In this document: one piece after another, positions 47,423 through 55,944 of the stretch | How the letters are laid out: every line of letters begins with the position of its first letter | How positions within the stretch are numbered: the stretch's first letter is position 1 | Origin: Calditrichales bacterium | GTDB lineage: Bacteria; Calditrichota; Calditrichia; Calditrichales; J004 | Reading direction: 5' to 3' | NCBI GenBank assembly: GCA_965267575.1 | Contig: OZ254086.1 | Coordinates: forward strand, 672,001-736,000 | Length of the DNA stretch: 64,000 bases | The notes under the pieces: generated by a model | Told to the model about the DNA's origin: nothing | The model's input: only the letters and a program-made list of their open reading frames with translations | Databases searched by the model: none | Position numbers and translations under genes: made by a program

Positions 47423-48769
47423 ATGCGTGAAACAAAACTTATTCTTCTTATCATAATTTTCTTTTCAACAGCTTGTACCGATTCGGACGGCACTATTAAG
47501 GTGATATTGGAGACATCTCCCGAATTTGGGCCTTTTGGTGTTTCGCAGGGGGTTACGGGTCCAATACAATGGAATGTTAAGGCAGAGGGTATCCCGGAAA
47601 ACATCAAAGAGTACGTTTTCAGAAGCAGGTCTATGCAACCTGTTCAAAGCGCATGGTACAAATACAAGAACGGTGAATTGAATAAAGAGCAGCTTTTATG
47701 GGTATTAAAACGTTGGAAGGGTGATACGACAAAATTATCCAATGAATATATTGATGACGAAATACTGTTTGTCATTGGTACGAACGATAAGGACCAAAGG
47801 ACTATAATAGTTGACGCAAACAATAATGAAGATTTTAGCGATGACTCTGTGCTGGTATATGAATATCCGCTGGACATCCCTACTCAGCTTGGCATAAAGG
47901 ATTCGGCTTTGCCTGTAATAGTTGCTCAATATGAAATATACAATGGTGAAAAACCGGAAACACGTCAGGTAGCCGTTCGGCCAACGCCCTATTTGGGAAA
48001 TCTTAAAATCAATTACTCCATTAAAGATGAAATTGAAAACAAATATCATCTGTTGGTTCGCTTCCCCCAACATCACCGGGGAAAAGCCTGGCTGAATAAT
48101 ATGGAATATGATATATATCTTAGTAGCGTCCACAATCCCAGGCCCAGAGTAATCATTAGTGCATCCGGCGATTCCCTTGTCTCTGAAAATGAAGGCGCGA
48201 TTCCTTACCTGGCCGGTGATGTTTTTAATGCGGACGGTGTGGACTATTTAATAGATTCAATCGATGCAAACCACGAATGGTTAACACTAAAATACCTGGG
48301 AGAAAACGATAGAGCCGTGGGAGTCAGCGAGGGATTTTATATGCCTGAATTCCAGGCCGTTGATCTCGACAGCCAGGCCTTCAGCCTGAAAGATCATCCC
48401 GGCAAATTTATTCTTTTAGACTTTTGGGGTACCTGGTGCGGACCGTGTATCGCACTTATACCGGAGCTAAAAAAGATTGACGATGCATTCGAAAACGATG
48501 CCTTTGAAATGGTAAGCGTCGCATATGATGCGGATGTCGAAAAAGTCCGGGAGTTTACTATAAAGGAAAATATGGATTGGATACATTTATTTGTTGATAG
48601 AAAAGAAAACGACCCCAATTCCCTCATAAATAAACTGAAAATCACGGCATATCCAACAACAGTTTTAATTAGTCCCGATGGAAAAATACTGGCCCGCGAT
48701 AAAGAACCGGACGAACTGATTGATATTATTAGGGAAAATTTGGCAGGGATGAAAAAGCAGGCAGGCTGA
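47423..48769 (+). CDS. Lipoprotein with C-terminal TlpA-like thioredoxin domain
   Basis: Lipobox STAC, LDFWGTWCGPC and YPTTVLI. Visibly AT-rich. Confidence 0.88.
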   Translation: MRETKLILLIIIFFSTACTDSDGTIKVILETSPEFGPFGVSQGVTGPIQWNVKAEGIPENIKEYVFRSRSMQPVQSAWYKYKNGELNKEQLLWVLKRWKGDTTKLSNEYIDDEILFVIGTNDKDQRTIIVDANNNEDFSDDSVLVYEYPLDIPTQLGIKDSALPVIVAQYEIYNGEKPETRQVAVRPTPYLGNLKINYSIKDEIENKYHLLVRFPQHHRGKAWLNNMEYDIYLSSVHNPRPRVIISASGDSLVSENEGAIPYLAGDVFNADGVDYLIDSIDANHEWLTLKYLGENDRAVGVSEGFYMPEFQAVDLDSQAFSLKDHPGKFILLDFWGTWCGPCIALIPELKKIDDAFENDAFEMVSVAYDADVEKVREFTIKENMDWIHLFVDRKENDPNSLINKLKITAYPTTVLISPDGKILARDKEPDELIDIIRENLAGMKKQAG

Positions 48770-48824
48770 TTTTCAAAATCAGTTTAATTCGTAATTTCTA
48801 ATTCCCAATTCTTAATTATTCAAG

Positions 48825-49223
48825 CTATTCCCAAAAGTAGCCGCACTCGCGGCAGTGCCAGTTGGCGTTGTCAAAATCACTGTGACCGCGCTGCTGGGCC
48901 AGGAAGCGTTTAAGCTGCTGCCACCAGGTGCGTTTGTAGCGTTCGATGCGGTTGGAAAAACAGACGGGGCAATGATCGGGTTGAACAAGATAGGCCGGCG
49001 CGTCGATCTCCAACACTTCCAGGGCATCGTTCACATAATTATGCGGCACCTGCAGTTGCATACCGCCCACCATCGTCGGCCCGTAAATATTGGCCATGTT
49101 TTCATCTTTCAGAAAGGCGGGAATCTTTTCGCCGTCCAGCTTGGACTTGGCAATCTGCGCGTCCACAGGGTTGATATAAGTGGCGATGGTAACAAGATGT
49201 TTAAATCGGCCGGCATCATTCAT
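48825..49223 (-). CDS. DUF2007-like protein with C-terminal Zn ribbon
   Basis: AQIAKSKLDGEKIPAFLKDE...GGMQLQV and CPVC...CREC. Confidence 0.75.
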   Translation of the reverse strand: MNDAGRFKHLVTIATYINPVDAQIAKSKLDGEKIPAFLKDENMANIYGPTMVGGMQLQVPHNYVNDALEVLEIDAPAYLVQPDHCPVCFSNRIERYKRTWWQQLKRFLAQQRGHSDFDNANWHCRECGYFWE

Positions 49224-50217
49224 GATGGTGTTTCCTGTAGTGTTCCCTCAAATCGTCACGCCCGAAATCATTTTTCGGGTCGCGCCAGACGCTGTGGATG
49301 TGATTGGCGTTGTTTTGGGTGTTGTCATATTCGATCAGCAGGCGCGGGCCGTGAATACGGTAATAATGTTTTTCACCCGGCGCAAGCCCACCCGCCCAGG
49401 CAAAATAAATATTCTGCCAGCCGCTGCTATGCAGGCCCTCTTTAGCCCGCGCGGCGATCGTTTCATTCATGGCGTTAAAATAGACGTGCACAAGACGCTT
49501 TAACATCTCCTGCTGCGATTCGTTCATCGCGTTAAAAGGCAAACCTTCAAACGCATCCAGGTCAACGGTTTCATCATTGCCGGTCAGGATATCGGCCGGC
49601 GCGCTTTTACGTATCCAGGCGGCCTTCTTTTGGGCTTCATTCAGCGATTGCATCAACGCCCGGGCCAGGTCTTCTTCCTGTTTCAGCACACGCTTGCCTT
49701 TGTCCGGGCCCAGCGCGATGCGTGCCGGATTGGCGCCCCAGAATGAGGGAGTAGATGAAATCAGACCGATGACGCTGGTAAAATTGAGCGAGAGGTGATG
49801 GCCTTCCACACGCCAGCCCCACAGTTCATCTTTTTGAGGATCGCCAAAAACGGCGAAGTAATATCTTTCGGGGTCACGCCAGCTGCCGCCGCCCATCTGC
49901 CGCAAAACAGTTTCCAGGTCAATCACGTCCTGCGCCTTTTGAAAACCTGAATCGCTGAGGGCACTACGCATTAAGGTAAACGCCGCTTCCCGTTGCGCCG
50001 GATTCATCTCCTTCAACGGCAGACCTTCGCGCCCGCCTGGAAAATAGCTCCAGTCATAACGATCGGAATCATCAAACGACAAGCGTGCATCATCGCGCCG
50101 GTCACCCTCAAGGTTTTCAATAAAAGTGCGTGCCGCATCGCGCATGGCCTCATCGGGTAATGACTGGTAAGCCGGCAATAAGGCAATCGCTAAAAAAACG
50201 GCAAACACAAAACGCAT
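49216..50217 (-). CDS. DUF3500 family protein
   Basis: WGWRVEGHHLSLNF, TPSFWGANP, YYRIHGP and NHIHSVWRD...DFG. TAATG coupling with the upstream gene. Confidence 0.88.
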   Translation of the reverse strand: MRFVFAVFLAIALLPAYQSLPDEAMRDAARTFIENLEGDRRDDARLSFDDSDRYDWSYFPGGREGLPLKEMNPAQREAAFTLMRSALSDSGFQKAQDVIDLETVLRQMGGGSWRDPERYYFAVFGDPQKDELWGWRVEGHHLSLNFTSVIGLISSTPSFWGANPARIALGPDKGKRVLKQEEDLARALMQSLNEAQKKAAWIRKSAPADILTGNDETVDLDAFEGLPFNAMNESQQEMLKRLVHVYFNAMNETIAARAKEGLHSSGWQNIYFAWAGGLAPGEKHYYRIHGPRLLIEYDNTQNNANHIHSVWRDPKNDFGRDDLREHYRKHHHE

Positions 50218-50909
50218 TATACACCCCACTTTTTGCGGAATTTTTGCGAGGCCTGCTTCAAAATCGGATTACCATGCCCGAAACAGGCCACATCAAAGGA
50301 TAAGGCCGACAGACGCGTGAGACTTTGTTCGCCCATGCGGAAATCTTCGTAGGCTACGCTGTAACCCAGGCCAAACACGTGGGCGCAGGCATCGGCGGTA
50401 AGCAGCACTTTGTCCTGCTCCTCCCACAAAAAAGCGCAATGCCCCTCGCTGTGTCCGGGGGTATGCAGTACCCTCAGCTTTAGCGGCAACCCGGCGACAA
50501 ACTGCCCGTCGCGCAGATCTGTATCCGTTTGGCAAGCTTCCACGGTTTCCGGTATGTCCGCTATAAATTTGCGGAACAGCATGCCGGCCACCGGTCCCGG
50601 CGCGGGATAAAGCGTGCGCAACGCCAAACCCTTTTGCACCATGCGCGCATCCAGCGGATGCATGTGGACTTTTGCCCCGCTTAACCTTTTAATGGCGGCC
50701 AGACCGCCGCTGTGGTCCGGGTGGCAATGGCTCACAACAATATGGCCCAGGTCCTCCCAGCTTTTTCCGAAGGCCAGCAGCGCGCTTTCCACAATAGTTT
50801 CAGCCCCGGCAGAACCGCCATCCAGTAAAACAAGCGGTTCCGTGTTAAACAGAAACATATTTACCCAGCGGGCATCCAGCTGGTATAAACCCGGTACAAC
50901 CTCTCTCAT
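50217..50909 (-). CDS. MBL-fold metallo-hydrolase
   Basis: SHCHPDHSGG, HTPGHSEGH, AD and FGHG. Start at MREVV. Confidence 0.9.
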   Translation of the reverse strand: MREVVPGLYQLDARWVNMFLFNTEPLVLLDGGSAGAETIVESALLAFGKSWEDLGHIVVSHCHPDHSGGLAAIKRLSGAKVHMHPLDARMVQKGLALRTLYPAPGPVAGMLFRKFIADIPETVEACQTDTDLRDGQFVAGLPLKLRVLHTPGHSEGHCAFLWEEQDKVLLTADACAHVFGLGYSVAYEDFRMGEQSLTRLSALSFDVACFGHGNPILKQASQKFRKKWGV

Positions 50910-50974
50910 ATTTTTTCCTTGATGTGTGGCGCCAAAAATAAGCGGTACCGGCCTATTTGGCAAAGAGTTCAGGT

Positions 50975-51090
50975 ATCGTCCCGGTCTCCGCGCGGGATCT
51001 CCTGCTTATATCAAAGGATCCCGGTGTGGCAAAAACACCAACCGGGATGTCAAAAGCTGTATGTCATCCCGGCCTAGGCGCGGGGATCTC
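50975..51090. repeat. Cluster of three REP-like palindromes (BIME-like)
   Basis: (R)TC(R)TCCCG...CG(G)GGATCTC units at about 50975 and 51063 flank an oppositely oriented GATCCCGGT...ACCGGGATG unit at 51017-51049. Confidence 0.65.
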
Positions 51091-51195
51091 TCCCCGCTTG
51101 CGCCCGGATTTACTCAACGTGACTTTTTATTTTTACAATAGCAAAAAAAGTGCTACTTTTTCGATTGACTAAATCATGATTGATGGAGGTCTGAC

Positions 51196-51858
51196 ATGTT
51201 CATTGGTCACTACGCCGTGGGTTTTGCGGCGCGCCCGCTTACCAAAAAACTGTCGCTTGGCTGGCTTTTTTTCGCTGTGCAATGGGCCGATCTGCTCTGG
51301 CCGTTCCTGGTCTTTTTCGGCATTGAGCGCTTTGTTATCGATCCCGGAAATACAGCCGTAACTCCACTGAATTTTGAGCACTATCCCTGGTCGCACAGCC
51401 TGCTGATGAGCCTCATCTGGGCGCTGGTCTTTGCCGGGATCGTTTACCTGGTTACAAAACAGAAGCGCGATACGCTTATAGGCGGGATTGCCGTTTTCAG
51501 CCACTGGTTCCTGGATTGGCTGACGCACCGCCCCGACCTGCCCATCGCCCCCGGCGTCGAGAGCTTCATGGGGCTCGGCCTGTGGAACATCTTTGCTGCA
51601 GCCGTTATCCTGGAAATCTTCCTTTATGGCGGGGCGATTTACTATTACCTGAAACATACGCAAGCGCGCAACAAAACCGGAACCTGGGCTTTCTGGGGAC
51701 TCGCTCTCGTTCTGTTTTTTATTTATATAGCCAATATTTTCGGTCCGCCACCGCCATCCGTGGAGATGGTAAATATTTCCACATTCGGATTGTGGCTGTT
51801 TGTGGCCTGGGCATTTTGGGTAGACCGAAATCGCGTGGCGCGAATAAAGCACACATAA
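51196..51858 (+). CDS. Membrane metal-dependent hydrolase-like protein (YdjM-like)
   Basis: MFIGH, PWSHSL and SHWFLDWLTH; multi-TM; GGAGG RBS. Confidence 0.8.
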   Translation: MFIGHYAVGFAARPLTKKLSLGWLFFAVQWADLLWPFLVFFGIERFVIDPGNTAVTPLNFEHYPWSHSLLMSLIWALVFAGIVYLVTKQKRDTLIGGIAVFSHWFLDWLTHRPDLPIAPGVESFMGLGLWNIFAAAVILEIFLYGGAIYYYLKHTQARNKTGTWAFWGLALVLFFIYIANIFGPPPPSVEMVNISTFGLWLFVAWAFWVDRNRVARIKHT

Positions 51859-51874
51859 ACAACGGGGCTGCCAG

Positions 51875-52339
51875 ATGAAAAACTACTTAAAAAAAATGCT
51901 TGTTTACGACCTGTGGGCCAATCGCAAAATTATGCAGATGCTGCGTGACATGAACGAACCGGCGGATGACACAATGAAACTGCTGGCTCACCTGTTGCGG
52001 GCGCAGGAACTGTGGTATTGCCGCATCAAAGGCTATAGCCCCTGTAAAATGGAAATCTGGCCACAGCTGAACCAGGAAGAGTGCGCCGCGCTGATCGAGC
52101 AAAACCACAAAAACCTGGCGGCGCTGCTGGAAGCGCAGGATGACCACAGCCTGGGTCAGATCATCGCTTACAAAAACAGCCGCGGGGAAGAATTTAGTAA
52201 TCCGCTGGGTGACATTCTGCTGCACCTGTTTAACCACGGCACCCACCATCGCGCGCAGATTGCCCGCAGCATCCGCCAGGCAGGCACCGCCCCACAGGCC
52301 CTCGATTACATCTTTTATGTCCGCACAAAGGAAAAATAA
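51875..52339 (+). CDS. DinB family protein
   Basis: YDLWAN, LAHL..A and HLFNHGTHHRAQ. Confidence 0.9.
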   Translation: MKNYLKKMLVYDLWANRKIMQMLRDMNEPADDTMKLLAHLLRAQELWYCRIKGYSPCKMEIWPQLNQEECAALIEQNHKNLAALLEAQDDHSLGQIIAYKNSRGEEFSNPLGDILLHLFNHGTHHRAQIARSIRQAGTAPQALDYIFYVRTKEK

Positions 52340-53461
52340 ATGAAACTTTTACTGATACTGCTCTTGCTGGCGGGCTATGTAACGGCCCGGGATGAAGCAC
52401 TGCAAAAAGAGGTTCTCGATTATGCCGCCTCGCAAAAGCTGCCACAGGACACAAGCGGCTTTAACGTAATTGCGCATCTGCCTCCGATAAACCAGGATAC
52501 CACGTCAAGCTGCTGGAGTTTTTCCACGCTCAGCTTTATGGAATCGGAAATGCTGCGGGTAGGCAAGACCGCGCCCCGCCTGGCGATGATGTATCCCGTC
52601 TACCAGGGCTTTATCGAAAAAGCCCGGCGCTATGTCCGCACACGCGGCGAATCCCGTTTTGCCGGTGGCGATCTGTTCAGCGGTGTGCTGGATGTTGTGA
52701 CCCAGCATGGCATCGTTCCCCTTTCCGCCTACCAGGGCGATAACCGTCCGCACTGCTCCACCTACAACCACGATGCGCTTTACGACGAGCTTGACGCATT
52801 GATGAAAACAACCAAAGAACAGGGTCAATGGGATGAAAACCTGGTCCTGGAAAAAGTGCGCGCCATCCTCGACCGCCACATGGGAGCCGCACCGCGCCTG
52901 TTTGATTATGACGGCCAACGCCATACGCCGTTATCGTTTTTGAAGCTGACCGGCCTAAAGGTTGAAGATTTCCAGGCGGTTACATCGTTCAGCTATGCCC
53001 CGTTTGATGAGCTGGCCGTTTTGGACGTGCCGGACAACTGGGGCCGCCAGCAGGTTTATTACAATCTGCCGCTGGAACGTTTCTATAATTTGCTGATTGC
53101 TTCGCTGCAGGCCGGCTACTCCGCTGCCATCGACGCCGATATTTCCGAGACCGGACGCATACCCGAACTGGATACGCACCTGATTCCGCCGTTTGACATC
53201 CCGCAAGAGCACATTAATCAGCAGGCGCGCGATTTACGGTTTGCCAATGGCGCCACCACCGACGACCACCTGATGCATATAGTGGGCTACAAAAACATCG
53301 ACGGTACGGACTGGTTTTTGGTAAAAGACAGCTGGCGCAACGCCTGGGATGGCAGTCATAAAGGCTACTTCTTCATGCGCGGCGATTACGTCAAGTTGAA
53401 AGTATTGGCCTTTATTGTACATAAAGATGCTTTGAAAACGGACCACGCGATTACATTATAA
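52340..53461 (+). CDS. Secreted C1 cysteine peptidase (aminopeptidase C-like)
   Basis: QDTTSSCWSFS (Gln/Cys), TTDDHLMHIVG (His), VKDSW and a signal peptide. Confidence 0.88.
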   Translation: MKLLLILLLLAGYVTARDEALQKEVLDYAASQKLPQDTSGFNVIAHLPPINQDTTSSCWSFSTLSFMESEMLRVGKTAPRLAMMYPVYQGFIEKARRYVRTRGESRFAGGDLFSGVLDVVTQHGIVPLSAYQGDNRPHCSTYNHDALYDELDALMKTTKEQGQWDENLVLEKVRAILDRHMGAAPRLFDYDGQRHTPLSFLKLTGLKVEDFQAVTSFSYAPFDELAVLDVPDNWGRQQVYYNLPLERFYNLLIASLQAGYSAAIDADISETGRIPELDTHLIPPFDIPQEHINQQARDLRFANGATTDDHLMHIVGYKNIDGTDWFLVKDSWRNAWDGSHKGYFFMRGDYVKLKVLAFIVHKDALKTDHAITL

Positions 53462-53478
53462 TTGTAAGGAACCCTATT

Positions 53479-54591
53479 ATGCCGAAGGAACGCTTGCTCT
53501 CGCTGGATTTTTTCCGTGGCGCCACCATCGCCGCGATGATACTTGTGAACAACCCCGGAACATGGAGCCATATTTACGCGCCGCTTAAGCACGCCGCCTG
53601 GCACGGCTGGACTCCGACTGATCTTATTTTCCCTTTCTTTTTATACATTGTGGGTGTAGCCATTTCGCTGGCGCTTTCCGGTAAAAAAGAGCGTGGAGAG
53701 TCCAAAAAAGAGATCTATAAAAAGGTGGTTCGCCGCACGTTGATTTTGTTTGGGCTGGGTTTGTTTCTTTCAGGCTTCCCGTTTTTTGATTTCAGCACGA
53801 TTCGAATCCCGGGCGTCTTGCAGCGTATCGCGGTCTGCTACTTTATCAGCACGGTTATTTTCCTGCACAGCAGCATCCGCACACAGGCCGTTTGGACGGG
53901 CGGGTTTTTGCTGGTCTACTGGGCGTTGATGGAATGGGTGCCGGTTCCCGGCGTCGGCGCTGGTTCCTATGAAGTCGGCTCCAACTTTGCAGCCTGGATA
54001 GATAGTCTATTGCTTGAAGGCCACATGTGGTCGGCTACAAAAACCTGGGATCCGGAGGGCATCGTCAGCACGTTGCCGGCCATCTCAACCACCCTGTTCG
54101 GCGTGCTGAACGGACACCTTCTGCGTAGCAAAAAGAGCGGCGTAGAAAAAGCCACGATCATGCTGGTTGCCGGTAATATCGCCATCGCCGTTGGAATGGC
54201 CTGGGATGCGGTCCTGCCCATCAACAAGAGTTTGTGGACCAGTTCTTACAGCGTTTTCATGGCCGGCATGGCCGCCGTCTGTCTCGGCATTTCCTACTAC
54301 CTGATCGACGTAAAAGGGTGGCGCAAAGGCATTCAACCCTTTATTGTTTATGGCATGAACGCGATAACGGTATTTGTGCTTTCCGGGTTGGTGGCTAAAA
54401 CGCTCTACCTGGTAAAATGGGACACCGCGTCGGGTGCTACGCAAACGCTCAAGGGCTGGATCGTGGATACGCTTTTTAATAGCTGGCTAAGCCCGATAAA
54501 CGCATCGCTGGGGTTCGCGCTGGTGTTCATTTTTGTCTCTTATCTGGCAATGCTCTGGCTATATAAAAAGAATATTTTCATCAAGATATAG
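53479..54591 (+). CDS. HGSNAT/NagX-like membrane acyltransferase
   Basis: RLLSLDFFRG, MILVNNPG, HAAWHG.TPTDLIFP, PGVLQRI, DPEG and PINKSLWT. Confidence 0.9.
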   Translation: MPKERLLSLDFFRGATIAAMILVNNPGTWSHIYAPLKHAAWHGWTPTDLIFPFFLYIVGVAISLALSGKKERGESKKEIYKKVVRRTLILFGLGLFLSGFPFFDFSTIRIPGVLQRIAVCYFISTVIFLHSSIRTQAVWTGGFLLVYWALMEWVPVPGVGAGSYEVGSNFAAWIDSLLLEGHMWSATKTWDPEGIVSTLPAISTTLFGVLNGHLLRSKKSGVEKATIMLVAGNIAIAVGMAWDAVLPINKSLWTSSYSVFMAGMAAVCLGISYYLIDVKGWRKGIQPFIVYGMNAITVFVLSGLVAKTLYLVKWDTASGATQTLKGWIVDTLFNSWLSPINASLGFALVFIFVSYLAMLWLYKKNIFIKI

Positions 54592-54701
54592 GTAAAGGGC
54601 TTAATTTTGTTGTGTCGAATTGATTTTTTACATAGAATTAAAACCGAATTTCTTCACAGGGGGAAATTTCAGTTAGTATTTCATTTTTAAGGAGTCTTGT
54701 T

Positions 54702-54923
54702 ATGTCAGATCGTGTTACCGGCACCGTTAAGTGGTTCGACGTAAAGAAGGGATACGGCTTCATCGTCGGCGATGTCGAGAAGGATATATTTGTTCACTAT
54801 ACCTCCATCCAGGGTGATGGCTTCCGCAAACTGGAAGATGGTCAGCAGGTGGAGTTTACCCTTAAGGAAGGACCAAAAGGGTTTGAAGCGACGGAATGCA
54901 CGGTGGTTGAACAATTAAGTTAA
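54702..54923 (+). CDS. Cold-shock domain protein
   Basis: GTVKWF, KGYGFI (RNP1) and DIFVHY (RNP2). Confidence 0.95.
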   Translation: MSDRVTGTVKWFDVKKGYGFIVGDVEKDIFVHYTSIQGDGFRKLEDGQQVEFTLKEGPKGFEATECTVVEQLS

Positions 54924-54940
54924 AATGGATTTGACAAGAC

Positions 54941-54971
54941 GAGGCGTGCCCACAAACGGTACGCCTTTTTT
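54941..54971 (+). terminator. Rho-independent terminator after the cold-shock gene
   Basis: GAGGCGTGCC...GGTACGCCTT stem followed by a T run. Confidence 0.8.
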
Positions 54972-55010
54972 ATTGTCCTAATAGGTATACTTGATTTAAT
55001 ACTCTTCATT

Positions 55011-55027
55011 TTGCAACTTAGTTGCAA
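55011..55027. promoter_or_regulatory. Putative Zur (Fur-family) box TTGCAAC-TTA-GTTGCAA
   Basis: Perfect 7-3-7 palindrome ending 53 nt before the leader ORF of a metal-uptake operon. Confidence 0.7.
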
Positions 55028-55080
55028 CTTTTGACCATTGTGGGCATATAACTGCCCAAAGAAATTAACAACCATATCAA

Positions 55081-55383
55081 ATGATTCGCTTAAACCAGAT
55101 CGCAAAAATATCCTTGGCCAGATGGGTTGGGGTTATCCTGATCCTGTTTTTTGCCGGCACCGCTGTGATTGCTTCAGAGCAGCACAACCACAATATCGGC
55201 GAAAAAGCGGTCGATTGCCCCGCGCATATCTTAAGCGTGGCTCTTTCAGCCTGGCAGCCCGTTGGTGGGTTTTCCCTTCCGCCATTGACGGCTTCAGCTT
55301 TTGCGGGCGAATCATTCACGACTTCCTATTTTGGTGAAACAGCTACTCCCTATTTTAATAAAGCTCCGCCACTCTTCTCCTAA
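55081..55383 (+). CDS. DUF2946/CruR-like leader protein ending in a RAPP-like (KAPP) motif
   Basis: N-terminal TM helix, HNH, CPAH and C-terminal NKAPPLFS. Lies upstream of the lipoprotein and TonB receptor. Confidence 0.7.
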   Translation: MIRLNQIAKISLARWVGVILILFFAGTAVIASEQHNHNIGEKAVDCPAHILSVALSAWQPVGGFSLPPLTASAFAGESFTTSYFGETATPYFNKAPPLFS

Positions 55384-55473
55384 GTAGTTTCAAACAACCG
55401 GATCATTTCGCCCAAAAGCCGCTCTAAAGGCGGCACGGCGATTTATACATAAACTTATCAGGAGAAGAATATC

Positions 55474-55944
55474 ATGTTGAAGAATGTTCTTAAGATTTCT
55501 GTTATCGTTTTTGCTTTTCTTTTTGTCTATGCCTGTTCAGAGGATGATAACCCGGTCAGCGGAGGCGACGATCATGCCGATGCTATCGGGATGCGCATCG
55601 TTTCTTCGGGTGTAACGCTTGTTTCCTATATTGGTGATGAGGCCGTGCAAGGCTCTATCACGGTAGAAGAGGGCGTTCTTTCCGCCGGTATGGACATCGA
55701 GTTTTATAATGATGAGGACGAAAGCTGGTTTACACCGCATGAAGACGAAAACTCATTGGGTATTGAAGTTGCAGATACGAACATCGCCCAATACTGGCAG
55801 CATGAAGGCGAAGAAGGCGGTTTTGAATTTCACATCCGGGGAAAGCAGCAGGGTCAGACATCCGTTGTTTTTAGTATTCTGCACGATGAGCATGCTGACT
55901 TTGTTTCCAAAGCAATTCCCGTAGTAGTTACGGCTGATGAATGA
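55474..55944 (+). CDS. Acidic His-containing lipoprotein (probable metal-binding partner of the TonB receptor)
   Basis: Lipobox VYAC; DDHAD, PHED, QHEG and LHDEHAD. ATGA coupling to the receptor. Confidence 0.8.
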   Translation: MLKNVLKISVIVFAFLFVYACSEDDNPVSGGDDHADAIGMRIVSSGVTLVSYIGDEAVQGSITVEEGVLSAGMDIEFYNDEDESWFTPHEDENSLGIEVADTNIAQYWQHEGEEGGFEFHIRGKQQGQTSVVFSILHDEHADFVSKAIPVVVTADE

